In this document: positions 35,901 through 48,524 of the stretch, piece after piece
Position numbering within the stretch: position 1 is the first letter of the stretch
How the letters are laid out: each line of letters begins with the position of its first letter
Assembly: GCF_001194135.2 (NCBI RefSeq)
Contig: NC_068984.1
Location: 86,768,708-86,817,231 of the forward strand
Source: Octopus bimaculoides
Lineage: Eukaryota
Length of the DNA stretch: 48,524 bases
Direction: 5' to 3'
Made by a program: the position numbers and the translations under genes
Notes under the pieces: model-generated
Told to the model about the DNA's origin: nothing
The model's database searches: none
What the model saw: the letters and a program-made list of their open reading frames with translations, nothing else

Positions 35901-36654
35901 TCAAGAATGTGACAAGGCTGGCCATTTGAAATACTGGTACTACTCATTTTTGCCAGCTGAATGAACTGGAGCAATGGGACATAAAGATTCTTGCTTAAGG
36001 ATAACATGCCACCAGGAATCGAACTCATGACTGTATGATTGTGAGCCAAATATACTAACCAATAAGCCATGTGCCTTCACCACACACACACACACACACA
36101 CACACAACACACCACCACACTCACACAGTAGACCTCGTTCAGTTTCTGTTTACAAAATCTACTAACCATGCCTTGGTTGACCTGGGGCTATAACAGATGA
36201 CACTTGCCCAAGATGCCACACAGTGAGACAGGACCTGAGGTTATATGTTGGAAAGCAAGCTTCATAACCACTATGCTTGTGAGTGATTATAAAAAATTAT
36301 GAATGGCTGTTGTAGTTGTTGTTGAGCCTGAAGCATAAGAGATGAGGTTGTTATGAGAACTGGCAGCAGTTGAGGAGGAGGAGGAGGTGAGAATCAGCTC
36401 CTTCAATTCTCTCAAAACGCATTCTTTTCTTATGTCCAGCTGGTTGGTAACATGGAATTATTTATGATTTATGTTCTGTTCCAGAGATAAATCTCAAGTC
36501 CAGCTGCTATATTGGATTTACTTGAGTGAGATTAACAGATAGAAGTCGGATTAACATGGATGCCAAATAAAATACATAGAAAAAAACTCACTCATATACA
36601 CACACATGTGTGTATGTAGGTGTTTGTGTGTGAGTATGTATATATTTAAGCACT

Positions 36655-36697
<43 letters not shown>

Positions 36698-37515
36698 TAC
36701 AAGTATGTATGTATATTTTGATATGTGTGTGTGTATTTGAATATATATATATATATATAAACATTTGAGTATATAATATGTATATACATGTAATTTTACA
36801 CACATGTAAATGTGTATATAAACTCATATATAATATATATGTATATATAGATATTAAAAATGGGGAAGTCTGGTTTATGGGATTATCTTAGGTTTCCTGT
36901 CCATAAAGGGTTTAGATTTATGGTGTATCATCAGAGCCCCAAAATCTGTTGGGTTTACATACCTACAGATGAATTAAAATGGAAAATGGAAATGATTCAC
37001 AGAAAAAAACAAAAGACAAGTAAATATGGAAATCCTCTCATCAGCCATGGATATTAGGCTAAAAGCACAATTTTGATGCATTTAAAGTTCGAAGACTGTA
37101 GATTCCTGATTACTGCTTATTTAGTTGTGCCAGAGATCTAGGGAATGTGGGGAAACAACTTTTCTGCCTGCTTCATTAAAAACATGACAATATTCCAGTT
37201 TGATTTCCCCTTATTACAGATTTTTCACATTTTCATAATGGATCCTTATAGTATGTATGCTTGTTTGTTTGTTTGTTTGTTTGTTTATTTGTTTGTGTGT
37301 GTGTGTATGTGTGTGTATGTGTGTGTGTGTGTGATGATTGTAAACAAGTTTCATCATCAAGCGTGGAGTGTCTTTTGTTTTCAATCTTCTGTGAAACATA
37401 GTGGATCATGGAGAAATATGACTTTATTTGGAAACAGGTAAGGGTTGGTTACAGGAAAGGCATCAGGTTGTAAAAAATCTTCCACACCAGATTCCATTTT
37501 GAGCTCTGTGAGCAT

Positions 37516-37559
<44 letters not shown>

Positions 37560-37820
37560 TAAGAATTCATGTGTGCGTGTGTACATACATACATACATAC
37601 ATACATACATACATACATAGGTTATGAGTGGTAGTGGTGTCAGTCAATGAGACCCAGAGTTTCAGGTAATGCTGAGTAAGTGCTATGGATAGACCATAGT
37701 TAAGCTCCAGGTTTGGTGATTATGCGAATAAGGGGTCCAACGTAGGTCATATATCAGCGTGTGTATATAAGGATTTACTTTTCGTAATGAGATAAAAAAC
37801 CAAGGCTTTGTATATTTTAT

Positions 37821-37857
<37 letters not shown>

Positions 37858-38150
37858 TCGTTATCGTCGTTTAACGTCCGCTNNNNNNNNNNNNNNNNNN
37901 NNNNNNNNNNNNNNNNNNNNNNNNNNNNNNNNNNNNNNNNNNNNNNNNNNNNNNNNNNNNNNNNNNNNNNNNNNNNNNNNNNNNNNNNNNNNNNNNNNNN
38001 NNNNNNNNNNNNNNNNNNNNNNNNNNNNNNNNNNNNNNNNNNNNNNNNNNNNNNNNNNNNNNNNNNNNNNNNNNNNNNNNNNNNNNNNNNNNNNNNNNNN
38101 NNNNNNNNNNNNNNNNNNNNNNNNNNNNNNNNNNNNNNNNNNNNNNNNNN

Positions 38151-38187
<37 letters not shown>

Positions 38188-38189
38188 CT

Positions 38190-38535
38190 TTTACCTTTTA
38201 TTTGTTTTGTTCATTAGACTGTGGCCATGTTGGGGCACTGCCTTCAAGAATTTTTAGTTAAATGAATCAAGCCTAGTACTTATTCTATCAGTCTTTTTTG
38301 CCAAACAACTAAGTTAAAGGGGCATAAAAACTCTAACGCTGGTTGTCAAGCAGTGGTGGGTGACAAACATAGACATACTCCTAGATATACATATGATGTT
38401 CACCCCCCAGTATGCTCTACCTCATGTAGAGGTTATCTTAGAAGGTACTTGCCTGAAGTGCCATGCAGAGGGATTGAACCTGGAACCATGTGGTTAGGAA
38501 GTAAGCTTCTTGCTACCCAGTCACACTTGTGCCTA
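38190..38535 (-). mobile_element. SINE family B, degraded
   Basis: tcattagactgtggccatgttggggcac...gaacctggaaccatgtggttaggaagtaagcttctt. Confidence 0.8.
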
Positions 38536-40089
38536 GACACACACACATACATGTTTGTATTATGTATATATTTTGACACCATAAGAATTTAATAAAATTT
38601 TCAGAGGACATGAAATAATTCTTTTTTGAAATAGTATACCTCAAGCACACATAAAATTCTAAACAATAGCATGTAAATATTGGGTTGAAAAAATTGAAAT
38701 CAGCTCATGTGACTTGAACCCACATTTATTGTTGTCATGACATTCATTCTACCATTGGACCAAAGCAATCCTTCAATTTTTGCTATCCATTTTAGAGACT
38801 TTATTCATAACAGCAAGAATTATATGATGTTGATATCATAAGAATATTCAAGGGAATATGAAATAGTTCTTTTTTGAGATAATATATCTTGAAGATAATA
38901 TATCTTGAGATAATATATCTTGAAGTACACATACTTAAAGCTATAAACAACATGCTGTTAAAAAAACCTGCATGTTAATACTAACCTATTATGTTTCAGA
39001 TGGATAGTGTCTCTGAATAATGTACTAAAACTATTTTCTAAATTAAGAAAAAATGGGCTTTGTCAAGTTTACAAGATTAAGATCTGATAAATCAATTCAA
39101 ATCTAAATTAAAACCATATAATTACCACGTGCAAGTTTATGTATCATTTTTCTGTCAATAACAAGCAGAAATTATTAGAGGTGATTCCTCACCTTTCACT
39201 TTATGCTTTTCTTCTTCACTGTCTCTCTCTCACTCTCTCTCTCTCTCTCATAATATTTTCCAGTGTTCTCTCTCTCTCATAATATTTCCCAGTGTTCTGG
39301 GCTGCTTTATGACACACTGGAGTTTAAAAACTTTCAACAAAGATTGCAATAAACACTGTTGTTGTTGATATTATTTAGCCTCAGATTCCAATGTGGTCAA
39401 TTTTGCTTTTTATCTTTTTGGGGTTGATAGAATAAGTACCAGTTGAACATTGCCCCCCCCCCCACCTTCCACATCTAGCCCTAACCCTCAAAATTTCAGG
39501 CCTTGTGCCTATAGTAGAAAAGATATTATCTAATCTCAGTCAGCTCTTGGCCATATCCAGCCAAAATATTCTACCTGTTTTATGCCTAAATTGGTCAGAT
39601 CGAGCCTCTCACACCTACCCTACAATGTCATTCTAAATATAAACAATCCCATCATCAAAACCTCAAACTTAGAAGATATTGTATGATTAATTCAAAATAA
39701 TATGACTATATAAGCATTACTTTTGACAGAATAATCTGTATGCTAAAAGGTTAAAGGTATCCCATTAGTGACCATCCTGTCTTTTTAGAGGTATAAAGGA
39801 CTACATTAGCTAATGTATGTCCTGTACTTACAAGACAGTAGGGTGTAATTTGGTGAATATTTGGCTGCTATTTCAAGCATGTCAAGTGACAACTAAAAGC
39901 TTCCAAGTAATGTCACATCCAAGTGCTGTTGTTGATATTGTATGGCATGTTTCTTGATTAAATTAGCAATTGTAAGCTTTGGAAATTGAGTAAATTGAGA
40001 AAATTAGTCAAGTAACTATATAAAGGTTACTTGAGAACAGTTAAATAGACAACAAATATATACTCAATATAGGATTATACAGATAAACT

Positions 40090-40300
40090 TCATTCCCTTT
40101 ACTCTGTCGGATACGTAGGGTGTTCGTTTTTGGTGAGGTGAGAATTCTGTTTATTTATATATATTTTTGGTACAATACTGTGCTGATGAACGAAATCTAG
40201 ATTCATTCTAGTAATCGCGAAATCGGTCGATACACAGTTAAGTTTATTTAAAAGAAAGTAGCTAGGCTTCTGTTGGTTGTTTTTCCTCGCATTAGGTACT
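40090..40300. promoter_or_regulatory. CpG-retaining promoter-like patch
   Basis: Cluster of CpGs in CpG-poor unique DNA, TCGCGA motif (aatcgcgaaat), and a plus-strand donor-like GAG|gtgaga near 40137. Confidence 0.3.
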
Positions 40301-41654
40301 AAATGTGGTTATTTTGAGAAGTCCACTGTGTGGCGTTGTTATTTTTCTGTAATAATGCCCTTTATATAAATATATTTCATAATTAGTTAGCTGTAATGAC
40401 AGCAAGGTGGCAGAGTTGTTTGCATGCTGGACAAAATGCTTAACAGCATTCCATTTAGCTTTACATTCTGAGTGCAAATACTATCAAGGTTAACTTTTCC
40501 TTTTGGGGTTCATTTTTTTTTTTTTTTTGATTTGATGGAGGGGGTCTTAGTCAATTAGATCTAATCCACTAACCCCTGCCACCAAAATTTCTGGCCTTAA
40601 GCCTCTTATAGAAAGGATTATTCTTTAACTGCATAAGTGATTCAAGGATAAAGAATTTGATGTATGGCATTTATTATACAAAAAATATAGATCAAAAGGA
40701 TTTTTGAAAATGGCAGGAAATTTTAATAGGTTTACCTACGTTGAAGGACTAGACAGTTCATGTACTAAAATATTCCTTGAATATCTTAGTTTGGATACCA
40801 TCCTGTATTGTTTCTGTATTATTTTAATTTGTAATTTGTTTTTCTTCTCAACTTGAATTGACAGATCACTTTACTGAAATTTGCTATTGTATCTTCCTTT
40901 ATTATACATTGCAAATATTTAGAGCATGTCAAGAGTGAGCCAAGTCAGCGACATACTTTTGTATCCCAGCTGGAATCATTTCTAATCATTTACATCACTA
41001 ATGTTCTTAGAACATCATAAATATCACAACACCCATTCACAATATCACAGCACCCATTCTTCTTCCTAACCTGAATTCAAAGAGCTAAACACTCATTACT
41101 GTATTCTCTGATTCTGAAAACAGAAATCAGAAATGCTGATATCTTATGTTTCATTCAGTTTTTCACACTTTATTATGGAATAAATTGTACCAACAAAATT
41201 GTAATCAATTTTTGCAATTCTAATTGCAAAGTTGTTTTTTAATTTTTGTCAAAAGTTTGCATTTTTAACCTTGACAGTTCTTTGACATTTCTCTTAAGAA
41301 AAAAGAAATCAAATTAAAATTTTGAATTGAAATTGGGGAATATCAAATTATGAAGGAAATGATGTTGTGCGCAATTGAGCATAAGAATTAATTAATTATA
41401 TATCTGCATATATTTCTAAGTTTATAGGGGTCTTATGTGAGACTCATTCATTTTCAATACAGTTATGATACTTATATGCTCTCAGGCAGTATATTTAATC
41501 AATATTTTCAAAAACACAAAAGATGAATGGGATTTAGTTTAATTACCAGAATAGCTGTGAAAAATTATATAAAGAAAATAATTTTTCTGATGCTAGAAAT
41601 TTGGTATCTTCTAAGAAATTGTTTAATAAATTCATTCAAGGACATTAATAGCGC

Positions 41655-41804
41655 AGGCATGGTTATGTAGTTAAGAAGTTTGCTTCCCAACTATGTGGTC
41701 TTAGATTCAGTACTACTGCCCAGCATCTTAAGCAAGTGTCTTTTACTCTAGCCCCGGGTAGCCCAAAGCCTTGTGAGTGAATTTTTGTAGTCAGAAATTA
41801 AAAG

Positions 41805-41853
<49 letters not shown>

Positions 41854-42250
41854 TCTGCCAACACTGCTTGACAACTGTTGTCAATTTGTTAACATCCCCA
41901 TAACTTAGTGGTTTAGCAAAGTAAACCAGGAGAATAAGTACTGGGTTAAGGCTGCGAGTTGGTAGAAGTGTTAGCACACTGGACAATATGCTTAGCGGTA
42001 TTTCATCTGTCTTTACGTTCTGAGTTCAAATTCTGCCAAGGTCAACTTTGCCTTTCATCCTTTTGGGGTTGATAAATTAAGTACCAGTTGCATACTGGGG
42101 TCGACTAATTGACTGTCCCCCTCCCCCAAAATTTCGGGCTTTGTGCTTAGAGTAGAAAAAAATAAGTACTGGGTTAACTTTTCAACTTAAACCATCAAGG
42201 CAGTGTCCCAGCATGGCAGAAGTCCAATGATTGAAACAAGTAATGGATAG
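41655..42250 (+). mobile_element. SINE family B with a family D SINE nested at 41950-42160
   Basis: The B-family tail stops at aataagtactgggttaa (about 41934) and resumes with the same motif after the D element. Confidence 0.8.
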
Positions 42251-43381
42251 AAAAATAAAAGATACAGAAATTGCATAGTGCAAGTGGATAAGTGAAGGAT
42301 CTGCTCTATAATCATCATCAGCTGATTCATTGGGAGTGTCTAAGTTCACAAAGGACCTTTAAACTGGGGGGGGGGGGTTTGAGACATACTATTGCAACAC
42401 CATTGTCAACAATACAAATGAGTGAATGAGAAAACTTCATAGTTACTCAACCAGCTAGAATTATCAGCCAAGTCTCTCTTAATTCATAAAACTCTAATAT
42501 TAAAAATAAAAAGATAAAGCTCATTGGACACTATAGTTTCAATACAGAGAATGCTATATTGGTGATAGACTTTGATGATAAGTTTGCTGGATAAGGCTCA
42601 CCAGGGGCAGCTGGTGCTACTGCTTTAACTGTTACAACAATGACAACAATGACAATAACAAAACAGTATTTTTTTTAAAAGTGGAAATGATATTTTTTAT
42701 ATGTATATGTTACAAAATTCATAGACAACTGGTGGATCCATGCAGTTGATGAGTGGTACCCAAGAGATCAGAAAAGATCACTAAGAAGGCCTCCATGACA
42801 ATGGGAGGTCAATTTAGTGAAATGATTAGGGCCAAGAGAGAAAAGAAGGGCACAAAGAATTCACAGTGCATCGTAAATAGTGGTGTATAATAACATTTAA
42901 CTGTCTGGTCAACACAGTGTTACAGTGCTTATATTGTAATTAATCTATACAGTTTCCATCTACCAAATTCTACTCAGAAAGTCCTAGTAAACCTAAGACT
43001 ATGATAGAAGACACTATATCAAATAATAAAAACAATTGGTGTACTTTGCATAGAAAATTTAAAAGAAAAACATGTTTTAAAATTTAAAATTTAGAGGAAG
43101 TGCAGAAAACAATTGCATGCCTTGTTTCATTAATCGCAGCTGTGTATGAACAGAATTTTTCAAGATGATCAAACATTAGTAGGTATTTTCTAATACCTTA
43201 AATTTTTAAAGATCTGCTGTGCCCTCTGAAAGCCTTGGTGGAGTACCGTTTGAGAACTACTGGGAGAGGCACAAAACAGTTCTGGGCACAGCAGAGTTAA
43301 CAGAATTATGATAGAGAAGGTCACATCTCTACATGATGTAAGTTTATGCTCTGACAGGAAATTTTCAGCCTAAAAGTTAAT

Positions 43382-43441
<60 letters not shown>

Positions 43442-43469
43442 AGAGAGAGGGAGAGCATATATGCAATTA

Positions 43470-44400
43470 GTTCTTTTTAGGAGCTTTCTATAGCTGACAT
43501 GGTTGAACACTTTGCTGACATCAAGAGCAGTGACATTGCTCTTGCTGAAGTATTCAGGAATGAGGGATGACTCATGTGTTGACATAGAAAAACAGATATC
43601 ATTTTGATCTTCAGAAATTGTAGTAGCAGTCCCTAAGGAGTGAACGTTATTCAAGATGATAAATGAGATGACAGTTCTTATCATCTTTGAGATATTGGAA
43701 ATTAGAGTGATTAAGTGTTTACTAACAGGGTATGGGTGATTGTCTCTTTTTGTTGATGTGGAATTGGACAGGAAATGAACAGCAAATGTGATGAATTCAT
43801 TGGGAGAAGTATAACTTAATGAGCAATTTTGATTGAGGAGTAGAACACTAGAGATTCAGTAAAGTTTGTCAAGATTCTTTTGATCAGAAAATATGAATGC
43901 AATTTTAGAGCAAGAGATCTTTCAGTCCATGCGGTGCATGACAGCATCATTGGTTTTTATTATACTTATATTGCAAGTGTTACTGATCGTGGAAGATTTT
44001 CTGAAGGTGTCATAACTTATAAGAATTTGCAGCAGTGAACTTTTATTGCTTGAGAAATATTGAGGTACATATCAAAGCAGATGGTTTCAGTTTCTTGCTT
44101 TCATGTCTTGGATGCAACAGAAGGGAAGTACATTTATTGTCAAATGTAATCACCTTAGTATTATCAAGGGGTTCTAATCAGTTAGGTAACTGTTATAATG
44201 TGGATCCTTGTCTACTTGTATGTTATTGTTAGCACTGTAATATTCTTGTCGCCACTATAATGTTGTGGCAGTATTCCACATCTTATTATCTTTGATTCAT
44301 TTATTGTACTATTACTGATAGCTCTGCAAGACAATGACTTTGAAACGTCTACCTTGATGGTAACTTGAACTCGTATATAACATATATCTGACACTGATGC
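43470..44400 (-). mobile_element. CR1/Jockey-type LINE RT remnant, heavily decayed
   Basis: VTALDVSKVFNHVSYRKLL corresponds to the non-LTR RT motif ALDxSKAFDxVxHxxLL. Confidence 0.65.
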
Positions 44401-45330
44401 CAACTGAAAACTCGTACAACGACTCTACTACTACTGACCTCTTACAATGACTGACTGTCATACTTTATAGTGTAGTGTCACATGGGAAGGAGTACATCAT
44501 TTTCACCACAAAATCTCCCCTTTTAGATTTTTTTAGTTTTTTTCTTTGGGAAGTAAGTAATTTTATTTTTAGCATTTTTTTTCAACTTAATATTTTTTCT
44601 TTTTGGCATCTGTTTGTAGGAACTCTGTTTTCTTCCTTTTTCTTCCACTTGTACGCATGGGTTCAACCACTTGTAACAGTGTTGGTACCTGGAATGTGTC
44701 ATACAGCCATTCCATAGGTTCTTCTAATCTATCTGGTTCATTTTCTTTGAATCTCTTCTTCAATTGATTTCTGTGTCTTTTTTCAATACCTTATCTGCTT
44801 TTAATTCTGTACATAATTTTCCCTATGCACTTTGTAATTTTGCCGTTTTTCCAGTATTGTTTTCCGTTTTAATTCAACCTCATGTACACCTTGTCATCTA
44901 TTTTGAAAAATTTTGGATTGCCTTTAGGGGTACTCTTCCTTTCCTTGCCAGGTAACAGTTTATCAAAAACTGATTTCGCCTTCCTTGTGAACATCAGTTC
45001 TGTTGGTGAGCTTCCTGTGGGTGTTGGGGTTCGGTATCCCCTGTATACCCTTAGGAATTGCTGCAGAGTGAAATTGTCTGTGACTTCCTTGTTTGCTTTT
45101 CTCAAAGTGCTTTTAAAAGTGTCCAGTTACCTATTGGTATAGTGGTCATTTGCAAACTCCAGAGGTGACACTTTCATTTCCCCTTAGCCCTCACATCACA
45201 CAGTTGCTAATGTTTCAGTTGGGTCACACCCTTCCAGTTGCTATAGATCCATAATGCATTTTACGGCTGTGCCTGTCACCTGTATAGTGAGGAATCCTAC
45301 ATTGGGGAGTAGTAATGACTAGGGTAGGGT
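44400..45330 (-). mobile_element. Ty3/Gypsy LTR retrotransposon remnant (integrase C-terminus, PPT, 3' LTR piece)
   Basis: DTFKSTLRKANKE...LQQFLRVYR..TPTPTGSSPTELMFTRKAKSVFDKLLP is Gypsy integrase (K02A2.6-like); polypurine tract aaaaggggaga at about 44514-44525, followed by TG-initiated LTR-like sequence. Confidence 0.8.
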
Positions 45331-45899
45331 AGCTGACTGCTTATTGTGATCATTCGTCTTTTGGTTTCTTGTAGCTTTGCTCTCTTTTACAAACCCAGTG
45401 AACATACATATATTTCCTATTTCAAAGAAATTCGAACAATACATATAAGACCCAAGTTAAAAAGATTCTCAACAATTCNNNNNNNNNNGAGCCTTAACTC
45501 CCACATTTTAGAGCTCCATGACCTCCATTTTTCAGGAGCAAAATCTTTTTAACAGGTTCCATAAGACTGGAATTTTGGAATCTGCGCATAAAGATCAGTA
45601 GCATGGGATACATGTGTCATCATTAGAATTTTTTTAGGGTGTGTAAAGAGGGAAAGAACCCTCATCTGCAATTTTGATGAAATTTGAATTATAAGTATTC
45701 CAGTTCATTAGATAAAATATAACAGAAAAGTCTAATTCTTCCATTGCATGTAACACGGGCAACGCTGGGTATCTCTGCCAGTACATATATAATACAAATA
45801 TAATGCAAAAAGACCCTGCAGCCTATGATACTCAATAAAATAGAAATAATTTAAAATCTCATTCTTTCTATGCAACCTAGTATCAAATGATTCAGGTCC

Positions 45900-46100
45900 C
45901 AGTGGCTGGGACACCCCTTCTAAGCCTTCAATTAGAATTTGCTGGAAGCAAGTTCAAAAATATTATTGAGTCTGCATGATGTGGAAATAAGATTTGTTAT
46001 TATATTACATAGAAAAAGTTTTGATGTTTGAATTTAATAGATAATAATGGTAGGCTTCCTTGATAAGAAGAACAGTATTCTCAGAGAATTATCATTATTC
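45900..46100 (-). mobile_element. Possible Gypsy RT remnant
   Basis: Broken frames IKEAYH... and CFQQILIEGLEGV loosely resemble the DLxxAYxQ and FQxxMxxxLxGL motifs. Confidence 0.3.
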
Positions 46101-46810
46101 ATTTACTGAGCCTCTTATCATCTAATCAAGCTTTCTTGGACTGAATAGGGAAGAACTTCTACCTGAAAAATCTCAGATGGGGGATAGGGAAACGGCCTCT
46201 AGATATAGGGGTCAGTAATGAATATGGAAATAAGTTATCTTGGACAGATTATATTTTGGAAAAGCATAGAATCTGACAGCCACCCAGCTTAGAGTTATAT
46301 GTGAAACCATAAGACACAGCAATAGTGAATGTGCAATCTCTGTAAAAGAGTTATCTACTAACCTATAGCAATACTTACATGAAGCTGGACAGAGGAAGTT
46401 AACAGTTAAGATCACCAAGTTCTAATAGTGTATAACTGCTAGTGGCAACTATGAACATTATTAGCTAATAAAAGAAGACATGTAGAGACTATATGACAGG
46501 AAGAAAGTGCATAAAGTAGAATACGCTCTACCTAAGTTTACTAGTCTATAATGTAGATAGAATTTGAATTTTCTGGGACACAAACGTTGATAATGTTTCT
46601 AGCGATTGCTTGCGGTCATTGTTATCATACTAAGCTTCACCTCTGCAAATTAAAAGGGAAGAGTAAAAGTCCCCCAATCTGCAACTAGAACAGTATGGAT
46701 AACTGCAACTAGAAGAGTATCGATAACTGGTAAATTATTTTGAGATCCAATCATTTTTCAGCAGAAAGGAACAGTATAGAGAAAAATCTAACAGCATTCA
46801 TCATCTTCAT

Positions 46811-46846
<36 letters not shown>

Positions 46847-47277
46847 TTAGCATCTGCTTTCCATGCTAGCATGGGATGGATGGTTTGACTAGAACTGGTA
46901 AACTGGAGAGCTGTACTAAGTTCCAGTCTGATTTAGCTTGGTTTCTACGTGCTTTTAACATGTCACCTGCACAAGTACTTTTATATGTCACTGGCACTGG
47001 TGCCTTTTATACATCACCAGCACTGGTAGCATATATCTGAGCAAAAATATTGTTTAAATACATCGACATACAGTAGATAATCCCATTGCTGAAATTCTGA
47101 AATTCAAAAAACCTTGAGCAAGAGAAGTTCCACAAATCAAAAATTCTTGAAAGCCTCCTGAAAGGATTTTAAAAAGAGGTTGAGGTGTTATAGATGAGCA
47201 TAAAATAAAAATAAATAATAATCTATAGCCATTTTTTGTGGTTGACAAACTGAATGAAGAAGTTTTATTTAGTTGAT

Positions 47278-47319
<42 letters not shown>

Positions 47320-47520
47320 GTTTAACGTCCGCTTTCCATGCTAGTATGGGTTGGACGATTTTACTGAGGACTGGTGAACCAGATGACTACACCAGGCTCC
47401 AATCTGATTTGGCAGAGTTTCTACAGGTGGATGCCCTTCCTAACACCAACCACTCCGAGAGTGTAGTGGGTGCTTTTACGTGCCACTGGCATGAAGGCCA
47501 GTCAGGCGGTACTGGCATTG
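47278..47520 (-). mobile_element. SINE family A
   Basis: Colinear with the copy at 11803; long (CAT)n. Confidence 0.88.
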
Positions 47521-47816
47521 ATTTGTTTAATGAAAAGTGAAACTAACTGGGTGTGTGCCAAATTGATATAAATCTACCTTCACAGTATAAATAAGCTGTA
47601 TTTATAAAATGTAAATGGATAATGTGTTTAGACTTGGGTCCAATGTTCAAGCTATTTATCATGGCTGGGTTCCAACCCACGTTACAGCAACAAAGTTCAC
47701 CCGCCAGACTTCTTGATCCATCATCACTGTCTCAAGGTCCTGGATACATTCCAGGCCAGTGTCCGCAGTCAAGCTGTCGATGTGTGACAGCATTTTCCTC
47801 TTACATCACCAAGCTT

Positions 47817-47863
<47 letters not shown>

Positions 47864-47865
47864 AA

Positions 47866-48285
47866 ATACAAAATGGGACAAGAACGCAAAACATCCAGAC
47901 AGTTAGGTGATACAAGAAAGGGACAACAAAACATCCAGATAGATAATACAAAGAAAACAAGGACGGATCATTTGGAGTTTTCTTTCATCAGTCGAGTTCA
48001 AGATTATCTTTGCAATTTCGGCTGGTTATACTTGAGATTGCTCCAATCTAGCCAGCCCCAAGTAAAAACTAAGCTAAGAGCATTAGATTCTTTGGAAGAA
48101 AGCAGGGAATGTATACAAAAACAAGGACGGGAAAAAAACAGAGAAGGTTACACAAATACAAATAACAGGACATAGCAGGCGTCTTTCGACTAAAGATGAA
48201 TTAAATTAAGCTGGTGTGTGTGGAAGTAAAGCCTTACAGCAGGGATACAAGATTTCCCAGGTACAGGGAACAATATAGAACATGC
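47866..48285 (-). mobile_element. Penelope-like remnant between (TA)n and (TACA)n tracts
   Basis: CpG-retaining repeat with minus-strand ctgatga...aaatgatccgtc motif near 47960-47992. Confidence 0.45.
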
Positions 48286-48317
48286 ATACATACATACATA
48301 CATTCATACATATATAT

Positions 48318-48524
48318 ATCTATATATATAAAAATGAGAATGTGTGTCTGTTTGTCTGTCTGTGTGTGTGTGTGAATCCCTAAAACTCGAGAACTACGCA
48401 ACCAATTTCATTCAAATTTTACAGATGTCTTACTTAGGGTTCCAGTTGTGTTTTAGTCAAAAAAAAGTTTTAACTTCTTGCAGAGTTCGAGCCCACGGCA
48501 ACATAATATCTCCTGCACTATTTA
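48318..48524 (+). mobile_element. Non-autonomous Helitron-like element, 5' part
   Basis: Starts tctatatatataaaaatgagaatgtgtgtctg, followed by ctacgcaaccaatttcattcaaatttt, typical of DINE/HINE-like 5' ends (pattern recognition only). Confidence 0.5.

Noticed and set aside
46679-46730. Two 24-bp direct repeats (ctgcaactagaa.agtat.gataa)
   Set aside because: A simple tandem duplication with no spacers in a eukaryotic context; not a CRISPR array.

Overview
AT-rich, repeat-dense animal genomic DNA with several assembly gaps. The SINE and MITE repertoire points to an octopus or other cephalopod (inference). One host gene is well supported: COP9 signalosome subunit 7 (COPS7/CSN7) on the minus strand. 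I reconstructed seven coding exons between 3080 and 15132, all with GT-AG boundaries and consistent phases. A probable non-coding first exon lies near 23002-23055, and the short terminal exon is unresolved. The rest is mostly mobile DNA: an open RTE reverse-transcriptase fragment, a near full-length decayed mariner, fragments of RTE, CR1/Jockey, R4/Dong, Gypsy, Tc1 and Helitron elements, four SINE families, hAT and other MITEs, and Penelope-like remnants. The most unusual observations are four degenerate hammerhead-ribozyme-like motifs in Penelope-like remnants, a foldback element centred on head-to-head telomeric repeats, a 243-bp intragenic duplication that places a decoy splice acceptor upstream of CSN7 coding exon 3, a Dong-like retroelement sitting in a (TAA)n tract, and an orphan start-codon exon of a possible second gene. 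TE family names come from manual motif recognition, not database searches, and most repeat boundaries are approximate.
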